Assembly: GCA_964016885.1 (NCBI GenBank)
Contig: OZ024747.1
Span: forward strand, 70,246,001 to 70,310,000
Direction: 5' to 3'
DNA length: 64,000 nucleotides
From: Eledone cirrhosa
Lineage: Eukaryota
Positions 50,803-60,900 of the stretch are shown here, one piece after another. The notes beneath the pieces are model-generated. The model worked only from the letters and a program-made list of their open reading frames with translations, searched no databases and was not told the DNA's origin. The position numbers and the translations under genes were made by a program. Position 1 is the first letter of the stretch, and every line of letters starts with the position of its first letter.

Positions 50803-52018
50803 GAGCGGGAGAGATGAGAGAAGCAAGGTTTAGGGAATAACATAGAAAGTTTGATGGGGGTGGGTAAAGAAGTAAGGCAGGTGGGAAGTGTGCGTTGGTA
50901 AAAGAGAAGGGAGACAGTTTGATGAGGCGGTAGGAGATGAAGACACAGGCAAGAAAGACAGTGAGATTGAAGTTGTGGGTTGAGTGGGAGATGTATAAGA
51001 TGAAAAATACGAAGTAAGAATTAAGAATTAGGTAGTGAACATTTGGGGGAGAAAGAGGGTGAGAACGAGAGAGAGAGAGGAAGAGAGAGAGGGGGGGGGG
51101 AGAGATTGATGAGAAATGGAGATTCATGAAAGGCTGACAAAGTATGTAAAGAAATAACACGAGAGAAAGAGAGAGAGGAGAGAAAATGATGGTGAGAGAG
51201 ATAGATAGATAGGTATGCGTGAAAGAGAGTGATAATGTGTGTAGGAAAATCAGAGGAAGGATTAGAGCGAAGGAGAGGAGGGACATACTTAATGAGAAAC
51301 TTCCAGTGAGAAGACAAAATAGGTGAAAAGCTTTTAAGAAAGGGAGGCAGAGAAGCTTATACATCATCACCACGAACCAGAATACCACCATCGATATTTT
51401 TGGTGCTGGAGTGCAGGAAGGACTGTTATTGGGAAGTGACGAGGTTGGTGGTTAGTGATGGATCAAACGTGGGGGGAAATGCATTGTAAGGAGGGAAAAA
51501 AGGAAATTGAAGCGGGCATAGGGGTCGGGGTGGGAATGTAGTTGCTACTAGTTCGGAATTTTATGGCCAAGGATTGGTTGGTTATACAAGCTATTAGCAA
51601 TCTATGTTGGTGTAAGAGTGCAAAGAAGAAGGGTAGTATAATGGCGAATAGACTGGTTATATAGTAGTAGAAAAGGGAAACAAGTGATGGTGGCAGCTGC
51701 GACGGAGGTGACGTTAGTGCTGTTCCTAGTTGTAATGGTGGTGGTAGACGTTAGTGTTTCAGGGAAGACGGTCAAACAAAGCCACTAAAATCACACACTA
51801 ATATTAATATCACCAACAACACTATCCTTATACTTTTTAACTAGCAATACTTACCACGACAACTACCACTGCTGACACCAACGTCAACTTTCAGAAGCTA
51901 CTAGCAACACCACTACCAACAATACAAATATCAACACAACTGTCAAGTCCACCAAAACAGTAATATTAACAACAAGGCACACACTAATCTCGTCACCAAT
52001 CAGACTGATATAGAAATT

Positions 52019-52234
52019 GTTTTTACTTTAGACACAAGGCCAGCAATTTGAAGGGGAGTGGAAAGTCGATTAAATCGACCCCAGTGCATTACTGGTGCTT
52101 TATTTTATCGACCCCGTAAGGATGAAAGGAAAAGCTGACCTCGGCGGGATTTGAAGTCAGGAAGTAAAGGCCGTAATTCTATGCCACGAAGCATGTTATC
52201 TGGCGCTCTACCGACACTGCCAATCCATTGCCCT
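52019..52234 (-). mobile_element. tRNA-derived SINE, family 1, full length
   Basis: Same head, core and tail as 49712-49924; perfect 17-bp TSD AGACTGATATAGAAATT (52002-52018 and 52235-52251). Confidence 0.93.
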
Positions 52235-52347
52235 AGACTGATATAGAAATTAAAAACAATTGCTACTAATACTAATATTAGTTTTACTGTTTTTCACCAA
52301 CCTACTACAATATCACCACCACCAATAACAGCAGCAGCATCGCTGCC

Positions 52348-52432
52348 ACTACTACTAAAACTACTACTACAACAACTACTACTACTACTACTACTATTAC
52401 TACTACTACTACTACGACTACTACTACTACTA
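52348..52432. repeat. (ACT)n microsatellite
   Basis: Read directly. Confidence 0.95.
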
Positions 52433-53096
52433 TATTTCTTCTATAATATTTTAGCAGAAAGGACAAGAAATCTGACACTCATATTTTTTTCACAAGTGAA
52501 AACAGCTATGATTGAGAATTGAATGTGGACCCAATTAATTCAATGGGATGTTACAACTGTACTGTTCTGATGATAATATTGCTGTTATTTTTATAACTAC
52601 TGAGTTAGTTGAGTCTATCATTTATGTCCTGGGGTAAAATCAGAAGGAGGATATTTTTGTCTTTCATCCTTCTTGGTTTGGTAAAATAAATATTAGTTAC
52701 GTACTAGGCACAGATACGTCTGTGTAGCAGAGACATCTAATCAAATAAGCAAATGGTCTAGAATTGCTCTATAAAATAACTGAGTAAATAAACAAGTAAC
52801 TAAACAAGTAACTTTTATACATTTTCTCCTGTATAGTTTGAATTATAAATTTATACATCTGCTTAACATTGTTTCAATATGTTAAATATTTCCATAATGA
52901 CTATGTGTTTATTCCGTAATTAATGTTGTAGGATGCATGACTGGTTTCTATATATTAAAGATTTCTATTATGTCGCCAATTTTGTTTAAGACGTAAGTTT
53001 AACCTCAAACTTGATTTCAATAATGCCTTAAATTCTATCAATCCTAATGTCACCCTCTACTCAGGAGAGAGAGGGAGAGGGGAAAAGGCCTTACAA

Positions 53097-53545
53097 CTCT
53101 ACCACGCTGTTCGGGAGGCTTATGAGGAGCACGTCTTCCTCTCCTATGGTGAGCACTTCATCATATCCACCTCAGGTGTCAAACAAGGGGATCTGCCCGG
53201 ATCTGCATTATTCGATGACGTAACTAAGATAGTGGCTGGCATGGATTTGAATGTCTAGTATGTTGATGATGCTTCTTTGGAGGGATCTCAAATAAGATCC
53301 ATGCAACTGTGAAGACGATGATTGAGTGCCTTGTTTGTAGGCCTCCATATCAACAGTTCCAAATGTGAACTCTGGCTTCACAACCACCCAGCTTCACATA
53401 AGCTGTAAACTTGATCGCAGAAGCCTTTCCCTCTATCACAACCCCCCCCCCATCGGCATGGTGCGCCCTAGAAGCCACAATTACCGACTTATATTTCAAG
53501 CCTATCTTTCTATCCAAGATCGCTGACCTCGACTAAAATCCAATC
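53097..53545 (+). pseudogene. Decayed non-LTR retrotransposon reverse transcriptase fragment, CRE-clade-like
   Basis: Hand translation from 53097: LYHAVREAYEEHVFLSYGEHFIISTSGVKQGDLPGSALF...DLNV*YVDDASLEG...VGLHINSSKCELW. This matches the RT motifs GVxQGDPLGPxLF, WYLDD and GLxLNxxKCE; in-frame stops are present. Confidence 0.85.
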
Positions 53546-54488
53546 AGAGCCTGCGTTTCCATTGCACTCAGAGTAGAGCTGGCTGCCTGGGTGTAGATTG
53601 TGTCGTTCGCCATACCGATCTAAGCTTAACTATGAGAGTAAATTTGGTATGTTAAGCAATCAGTGAAAACAATACACATGATTCTGTCTTCTTAGACCTA
53701 CTCAGCGAAGCATATTCTAATCAGTGTGTTTGACTAAAAGTGATCAATATATAGAGAACTAGAAGGAAGTGACGCTGATGAATAAACCAATACGGCTGTC
53801 GTTCTCCATACTATATACAAATGCGGTAGTGGTCTACATATTTAGTATAGTCATTTGTAAAACATCAATTAACTGATATTTTGCATGTAATTACAAGACA
53901 AAACATCTCTTAGATTAAAATCTAAAACTAACAAGCAGGGGAAAGAACTCCAGTAAAATAAATTAATTTAAAATCTTTATGTCCGACGCTTTAACATTTC
54001 TATCAATCTATAGCCTAGTAACAGGTACTTTATTAATTTGTAAGAGGCAAAAACCAAGACGCCATCAATGAGGCGCGAAATTGTAAACACTACATAGCAA
54101 ACGACTGTAATAAGTATCTTATATTGAACATAACAATTGGCTACCATTATTAGCTTTTACTAGTGATAATTTCGAACAAATTCTGTCTTATATTCTGATC
54201 AATCAGAACTAAGCGATTCTGCACAACAATAACAACATTGGCGTTGGATTTCCAAAAACATTTGTTTGTCATAAAAATCCTGCTGAATATGGTTAGTCTT
54301 TTATTGTTAAGCAATACCGAAGTCAAATTTGGTGTTCATAATTTCGTAGCCGATAAGAAAATTTATCATTCAAGCACTGTGATTGATTTGATATTTCTAT
54401 AAAGCATTTTAGATGTTAATAGAATTATGATAGAAGACTATCAGCTCAACACGATTTCACATCAATAATCCTGCTACATACATAAATG

Positions 54489-54659
54489 AGAAATAGAAGC
54501 TTTCGCCGTATTTTTTTTTCTAAAGACATTTTAGCCTGATAATGGGGTTTAGAACCCGCAAAGAAATGCAAAAAGATGATTATTGACATGGAAGTCGAAC
54601 CCACATCTTTGGTTATCCAGATTATTGCGCTACCATTACACCAACACATCACCCATCTC
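54489..54659 (-). mobile_element. Element with tRNA-like Pol III head; inverted copy of 54751-54923
   Basis: Minus strand has TGGTGTAATGG (A box) ... GGTTCGACTTCC (B box); ~170 bp aligns by eye to the reverse complement of 54751-54923. Confidence 0.7.
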
Positions 54660-54707
54660 CTTCCAAATAAATTATAAACAACATTCTTAGCAAGTATAAT
54701 GACCAGT

Positions 54708-54959
54708 AAGTATGTTTTGAAAAAGAGAGCGAGTTTAAAAATTAGAAATAGAGATGGGTAATGTGCTGGTGTAATGGTAGCACAGTGGTCTGGATAACCA
54801 TAGATGTGGGTTTGACTCCCATGTATGTCAATACTCATCTTTTTCCATTTTTTTAGTGTTCTAAACCCCACTATCTGGCTTAAATTTCTTCAGTCAAAAA
54901 TTACGGCGAACACTTCTATTTCTAATTTTCAAACTCGCTTGTTGTTTCAAAATATACTT
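54708..54959 (+). mobile_element. ~250-bp element with ~45-bp terminal inverted repeats enclosing a tRNA-like head
   Basis: AAGTATGTTTTGAAAAAGAGAGCGAGTTTAAAAATTAGAAATAGA (54708-54752) matches the reverse complement of 54915-54959; internal TGGTGTAATGG ... GGTTTGACTCC. Confidence 0.7.
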
Positions 54960-55072
54960 TTCATATATATATGTATGTGTATTAATTTCATGAGCAAGCT
55001 GTTCCATTGTTCAAACACCCAAAACACTCCTCGCATGAATCGATGGAGATCTAAACAATATTTGTAAGAGTG

Positions 55073-55240
55073 GTGGATTGGCAGTATCAGTAGAGAGTCG
55101 GACGTCATGCTTTGCAGCAAAGAGTTACAGCCCTTTATGGTCTGAGGTTAACCTTGCCTTTCATCCTTACGGGGTCGATAAAATAAAGTACTAGTAATGT
55201 ACTGGGTAATTGCTGGCCTTGTGCCAAAAGTAGAAACAAT
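55073..55240 (+). mobile_element. tRNA-derived SINE, family 1, lacking the B box and the 3' hairpin segment
   Basis: TGGATTGGCAGTATCAGTAG ... GCCTTTCATCCTTACGGGGTCGATAAAATAAAGTAC ... GCTGGCCTTGTGCC; 14-bp TSD TATTTGTAAGAGTG (55059-55072 / 55241-55254). Confidence 0.88.
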
Positions 55241-55974
55241 TATTTGTAAGAGTGTCCTTCTTCAATACTATTAACGCTGCTTCTTTTAGTTGGCAAAATT
55301 TCTTGCAGCAAATTCCATGTCATCAGTATACTAGTTTACAGAGAGACTCAGTTTTAATAGCAGCACAAAAGCAGGTTTTAGAATTCTGAAAGTTTGTAGA
55401 CTAGCTGATGATTGTAATGTGTTAGGAGATAGTAGGAGATAGATGTTTGCTAGTTTAGAACATGCTGATGAAATCAAACAGGAAAGAGGCTAGCAATAAT
55501 ATATATCTCATTAGACTATTATAGTTATTTTATTTTAACATCAATTTCCTAGCATCCTGAATTTTATCTTATACTCCAAGCACCTGCTTTTAAAATTAAG
55601 CTTTAAGCTTTAAAAAAACGTTTTGTAACGTGGCGTAGAGTAAGTGTTCAACATATATTAAATATGGTTGGATGTATTTACAATTTTCTTCATATAATAA
55701 TTGTTACATTGTGTACTTGGTGTTTTTAAAGTGTTAGCACGCAGTCGTTAGTTGAGTGAACTTAAAAATATTTCGATGGTCCAGTCTGTTATAACATGCT
55801 CTTATTAATATTAGCTATGCCATAATATGTCATGGACCCTTAACTCCTAATGGATGCGTCGGAAGCCGTCGTTGCTTACGTCTTTGGCATTTAAACGTAC
55901 CGGAGCCAATTTCTTTCTAGGCCGGAACACAGCCGATTCCTTCTGAATATATATATATATAGAGAGAGAGGGTG

Positions 55975-56131
55975 AGTCGACACCAGCAGTGAACTAGTAC
56001 TTTATTTATTAACCTCGACAGAATGAAAGGCAAAGTTGATCTCAGCGATATTTGAACGCAGAGTCCAGAGAACCGGAACAAATACTGAAAGCATTCTATC
56101 CGACGTTTTTAACGACTCTGCCATTTCGCCC
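55975..56131 (-). mobile_element. tRNA-derived SINE, older relative of family 1
   Basis: + strand GTACTTTATTTATTAACCTCGACAGAATGAAAGGCAAAGTTGATCTCAGCGATATTTGAAC ... AACGACTCTGCCATTTCGCCC is the reverse complement of the family core and head. Confidence 0.8.
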
Positions 56132-56574
56132 ACTTAATTGTAGCCATACCCAAAATAATCTTCATAAAACAAATTCTTGCGCACATCAAGTTCCATCTAT
56201 AATCTATAGTATAATACGTTGTTACGTCTATTTTACTGCAAAGAATCATTATCTATGATACATATTACTATTTTACTCATTGTATTTTTTAACTATTCCA
56301 TTAAAATTTGTTGTTACACCAGTCATACAATATAATTATTTCATTAGCAATCATACGGTGTATTCTTTTCTAAGTTATTCAACATAGTGTATTTATTATT
56401 ATTCACACTTCTTGAGTTGACTCTCTCTTGTTGTGGACGATGTTTATTCCAGTTATTTGACCAAATGTACTGAATAATTTTGGATCATACGAAAAGTAGT
56501 TGAATATTTCACAAAAAACTTGTTCGATAAATTTAAGTTTTAAGTCATATCACTGTACACAATCTATCCGACAG

Positions 56575-56725
56575 ACCTCCACATAGTTTCCTTCTCTCAA
56601 ATGTCCCTTATAAAGCATGAGTCACTCAGAGAGTGTGGTAGACTTTCCTAACATGCCGAGGAGTGAGATTGAACTTAAGACTTCATGATTATGAAGCGAA
56701 TTCCTTAACTATTCAGTTATACCTG
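56575..56725 (-). mobile_element. Degenerate tRNA-derived SINE, second family; possible + strand remnant at ~57100-57165
   Basis: Minus-strand head CAGGTATAACTGAATAGTTAAGGAATTCGCTT ... AAGTTCAATCTC with weak A/B boxes; body resembles a common cephalopod SINE recalled from memory. Confidence 0.5.
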
Positions 56726-58144
56726 TACCAAAGTCACACGATATGCTGCAGTAACAATATGACACAATTTGTCAAAGAACGACCTCACATATAGCTATTC
56801 CCTTGCTATATTGATAAATTAATTCATTTGTAACTTATTTCCTTTATTCATGTAACACAACGAAATCATTTGTGTTCCACCGTGCAGTTATTGCAACTAA
56901 AGGTCATATACTGCAGCTAACCTTTTCACACGTTTGAGTTATTCCATTTACACCTCGTATAGTTAATTTATTCAAGTAGCGCAGCACAACTATAAGACTC
57001 ACGTTGTTTTAAGTAGTATATTGTATGATTCCAAGCATAAGCAAGGCTGTATAATTTAAAATTTTGTTTAAAAACTGCATAGTTTTTACTTTATTCCAAA
57101 TGCACAGCACCTTGAGTATTTTCAACCATAGATTTGAATTAGCCAACGCCTTGTGAGTTGAAACTTTGTTCGTCTTTGGTAAACTTACTCTGTGACCCTA
57201 TTTAACACCATCACCTGGACCCTGTGTGTCTTTCAAAGGGTACTGTGCAGCAAGCATTCGTATCGTAGTATAACTTGGTTACTTATCCTAGACACCGTCG
57301 GAGGCTCTGAAAAAGATCATTGACATTGATCTCTTTCAAATTCATTGGAACAAAATAGGAAAAACAAATCAGTCACACATTGAAGCAACTTCATTCTCAT
57401 TAAGTGGTCATTTCACTGACATGCCGAGTAACTATTCCGCTAAATGGCTACAAACGTTCCCTCTTACATTATTAATTTTAAACCATTCTACATTACATTT
57501 ATTGCTGTCTAACTGTTAGTTACATATTGTGGATGTTATTTACCGTCACGCCTCTTCACTATTCCACGCTCACAATGACTAGCAATTCCATTAACGTAGT
57601 ATATTTCGATCAAAAGCGTGTATAACGGTATAACTGTATATTCCCTGTCACAATCCCTACAACAGTAACATTGTCAAGCCTGACAACATTACTTCACAGT
57701 ATCAAAGCAATGTTGCTTTTTGTTATTATTTAGAACTGTTTCAAACTGTACCACGTATTCATTTATTAGCTCTATATTCTTTTTAAGACATCATGTTTTC
57801 TGGGGCATTTTGCTGCAATTTTTAGCATGTCAAGCGACCACATAATGCCTAATTCAATGGCTGGTCTTAGTCGCCAGCATATTGTTATTTAGTTATTATG
57901 CAACTAGATCTAAATTATCCAATAAGTTATCTTTTTGTAAGGTGATAAGGTGTGAATTGAGAGAGATTTTGGCTGTTATTTTTACCAGATCGAACGCCCA
58001 TATAAAAGCTTCCACGTTGCTTTGTATAATGTAATGTGTTAACTATTGTGTTAATTGCTGACTGCAACGTCACCATTAAAGTAGGTTCTGATCATTATCA
58101 ATAAATAACCTTGAAATATTAGCAGTAGCAACAATTTGATAATC

Positions 58145-58362
58145 ATGATGATGATGACGACGACGACGATGATGATGATGATGATGATATTGATGACGGT
58201 GAAGACGATGATGATGATGATGATGGGGCGTAGGAGGAGCAGGGGGAAGATGAGTAGTAGGAAGAGGAGGAAGAGGATGTGGTGTATAAGGAGGTGGAAG
58301 ATAAACATTAAGGTAAAGATAAATGAGGTTGACGGTGATTGATGATGATAGCGGATGATAGA

Positions 58363-58399
<37 letters not shown>

Positions 58400-58720
58400 T
58401 GTAATAATAGTAATAATAATAATAATAATAATAGTAATAATAATAATAATTATCCTCATCATCGCCATCATCATCATCATTATGGTGTGGTGAGTTTGTG
58501 AAAATGATGGACACATGATGATACAGCAAAATTCAATAAGATGTGGGAAGGTATTGGAATATGAAAACAATGAATACGATATAATAGTGATGGTGGCGGT
58601 TGGACTAGTAGTAGATATTTTTGTTGGTAGTGATGTTGATGAGAGTAGAATTAGTGGCTATGGTGATAGTAGTGGAGATAGTGATGGTGGTTGTGGTGTT
58701 GGTGGTGAATGTTATAAATA
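58145..58720. repeat. Compound trinucleotide low-complexity region: (GAT/GAC)n, (AAT)n at 58364-58451, (CAT)n, (GGT/AGT)-rich
   Basis: Read directly; explains the poly-I/M/H/Y ORFs in the track. Confidence 0.92.
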
Positions 58721-58789
58721 TTGATATTATGAAAGGTCTTAGGGGTGTTGTGGGCTTCGCTGCAGTTGATTTGAATGCATATATACACA

Positions 58790-58808
58790 CATGTATATAT
58801 ATATATGT

Positions 58809-58856
<48 letters not shown>

Positions 58857-59027
58857 ATGTGTGTGTGTGTGTATGTGTATATATATATGTATATATGTAT
58901 ATGTTTGTGGGGGCGTATATATGTGAGATTTAACATAATGTTGGTCGTGGAAATGAAGGGGCGATAGTGACAGTATGCACATGTACATATATGCATGCAT
59001 AAATGTCTGGATGTATATATATATATA

Positions 59028-59063
<36 letters not shown>

Positions 59064-59266
59064 GAGAGAGAGACACACATATCAATGTGCATGAGATTCT
59101 ATGCATTTAAGTTAGAAGAATTAAGTGAAAGTTATGAAGAGATATGATGGGAAAACAGAGAAATAAAGAAATACAGAAAGGAAAAGGAGAAATGGAGAGG
59201 GAGAAGAAGACAACGAATGAAAAAGAGAGAGAGAGAGAGGGGGAGAAGAGAGAGCGAGAGGGCGAG

Positions 59267-59344
<78 letters not shown>
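58790..59344. repeat. Cluster of (TA)n, (TG)n, (AG)n and (AGAT)n microsatellites
   Basis: Read directly. Confidence 0.95.
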
Positions 59345-59347
<3 letters not shown>

Positions 59348-60020
59348 TCATGTAATAAGGAAATGAAGCCCTTAAATAATTATGATTTCTCGAATTCTTA
59401 TAAGAGATAAAATGTAGCTGATGTAGTTATGTTCAAATAATACAAGATTGCTACCACTGTAGTCCGACATTGACCAGTTCTTGGCAAGTTAACTTACATG
59501 TACTGACGTCATCTGCAATATTGTAATGGAGGTGTTGACATCAAAGATGTGACGTAGTAGAAGGCGTGGAGAATGACTTCTACATATTAACCGGGAAAAA
59601 ATTATTTTAATAAATTTTACTCAAGTAGATTAGTGTCAGTCGTTTGGGTATTAGTCTGTACTCGTTGTTGTTGGTATTGTTGATGTTGATGTTAACCTTA
59701 GGTGACAACTAGTCAGGCGGATTTATGATCAAACACATTCAATCATCCTAGATACCCATATTTCTCCTTTCATTTAGGAGATTTGGCTGTTATTTCTAGT
59801 AGATCTTATCACTATAATATAAATCGAAACTAAAATATTTGGAAAAATATATGACAAAGAATCCTGATAATCATAATTTTTTTATCTTATTTTTTGGTGA
59901 CAAGTCACGATTGTCTGATCTCCACTAGACTTTTGAAGAAACTCTATTTCTCTCGTATATGTAATATTTCCAAACTTTCCTCTACCATGTGCGGGCTTGT
60001 TTCTAGCTGTAAGACCCCAC

Positions 60021-60053
<33 letters not shown>

Positions 60054-60081
60054 ATCAAAAGATGGTTAAAGGAGTTCCATG

Positions 60082-60152
60082 TATTTTATTATGCGCATTT
60101 CAAAAACAAACATCATCATGCAATAATATTTGTGTTTTCATCAGATAAAACA
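60082..60152 (-). ncRNA. Type I hammerhead ribozyme (identical mirror copy in the left arm)
   Basis: Exact reverse complement of 60267-60337. Confidence 0.75.
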
Positions 60153-60266
60153 GGAGAACATGATATGAAGGCTAAAAAACACTTGTGGATAGTGCAGTTT
60201 TAAATCAATGTTGATTTAAAACTGCACTATCCACAAGTGTTTTTTAGCCTTCATATCATGTTCTCC

Positions 60267-60337
60267 TGTTTTATCTGATGAAAACACAAATATTATTGCA
60301 TGATGATGTTTGTTTTTGAAATGCGCATAATAAAATA
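60267..60337 (+). ncRNA. Type I hammerhead ribozyme (predicted fold)
   Basis: Stem I TGTTTTAT (60267-74) / ATAAAATA (60330-37); core CTGATGA (60275-81); 16-position stem II with one mismatch and a GCAT loop (60282-60317); GAAA (60318-21); minimal palindromic stem III TGCGCA; NUH triplet AUA, predicted cleavage after 60329. Confidence 0.75.
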
Positions 60338-60466
60338 CATGGAACTCCTTTAACCATCTTTTGATTTTTTGATCTTATATTATGTATACTCCAGTCCTAC
60401 AAACTGTAGAGTGCTTCTTATCCGATATCTGCATTGCTTTATTGTACTACAATAAAACTCACCTCC

Positions 60467-60528
<62 letters not shown>

Positions 60529-60529
<1 letters not shown>

Positions 60530-60729
60530 CGAAGGAAATGTGGTAAGGAACCAGGTGGACCATAACGCACCAAAGTACTCAATACTTGAGGTAGTAGAGT
60601 GGGTAATAGGAACCAGTAAGACCCCGACAGCTGAGCTCAAGCCGTTTCGACGGCTAATTCTGGACTCAATCAGTCCAGAATTAGCCGTCGAAACGGCTTG
60701 AGCTCAGCTGTCGGGGTCTTACTGGTTCC

Positions 60730-60732
<3 letters not shown>
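60529..60732 (-). mobile_element. Second insert between (TA)n tracts ending in a 61-bp-arm palindrome with a partial hammerhead; Penelope-like pseudo-LTR candidate
   Basis: Arms 60606-60666 / 60672-60732, loop CAATC. Each arm has CGAAAC-GGCTTGAGCTCAGCT-GTC-GGGG (GAAA, stem III, GUC). Flanked by (TA)n at 60470-60528 and 60730-60750. Confidence 0.6.
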
Positions 60733-60772
<40 letters not shown>

Positions 60773-60780
60773 ATGACTGT

Positions 60781-60863
60781 GAAGGTACATGGCTTAGTGG
60801 TTATAATGTTGATCTAGCAATCGAGAGATTGTGAGTTCGATTCTCGGACCAGGTGATGTATTG
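60781..60863 (+). mobile_element. tRNA-derived SINE head (third family), interrupted
   Basis: A box TGGCTTAGTGG and B box GAGTTCGATTC with tRNA-like spacing, but no intact cloverleaf. Confidence 0.7.
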
Positions 60864-60900
60864 TAGGCATGTCAAACTGAGGGTCCCCCGACGGCCTCAT
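60864..60900 (+). mobile_element. Possible hAT-type left terminus
   Basis: TAGGCATGTCAAACT...GGCC resembles the CAGGCATGTCAAAC termini of hAT elements; no matching right terminus found. Confidence 0.35.

Larger units (their letters stand above)
60047..60380. mobile_element. Fold-back palindromic insert (155-bp perfect arms, 2-nt spacer) next to a (TA)n tract; Penelope-like-element-derived candidate
   Basis: 60054-60208 is the exact reverse complement of 60211-60365, with spacer TG; outer ends ATATAAGATCAAAA / TTTTGATCTTATAT. The palindrome is directly seen; the PLE origin is inferred. Confidence 0.8.

Noticed and set aside
51290-51500. Minus-strand peptide ...GGILVRGDDV*...SPILSSHWKFL resembling a viral RdRp GDD motif or a PLE linker
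   Set aside because: Flanked by stops, no recognisable motifs A or B upstream, low-complexity context; chance cannot be excluded without a tBLASTn search.
54755-60850. tRNA genes at ~54,760 and ~60,785
   Set aside because: A and B boxes are present but acceptor and anticodon stems do not pair convincingly; treated as SINE-type heads.
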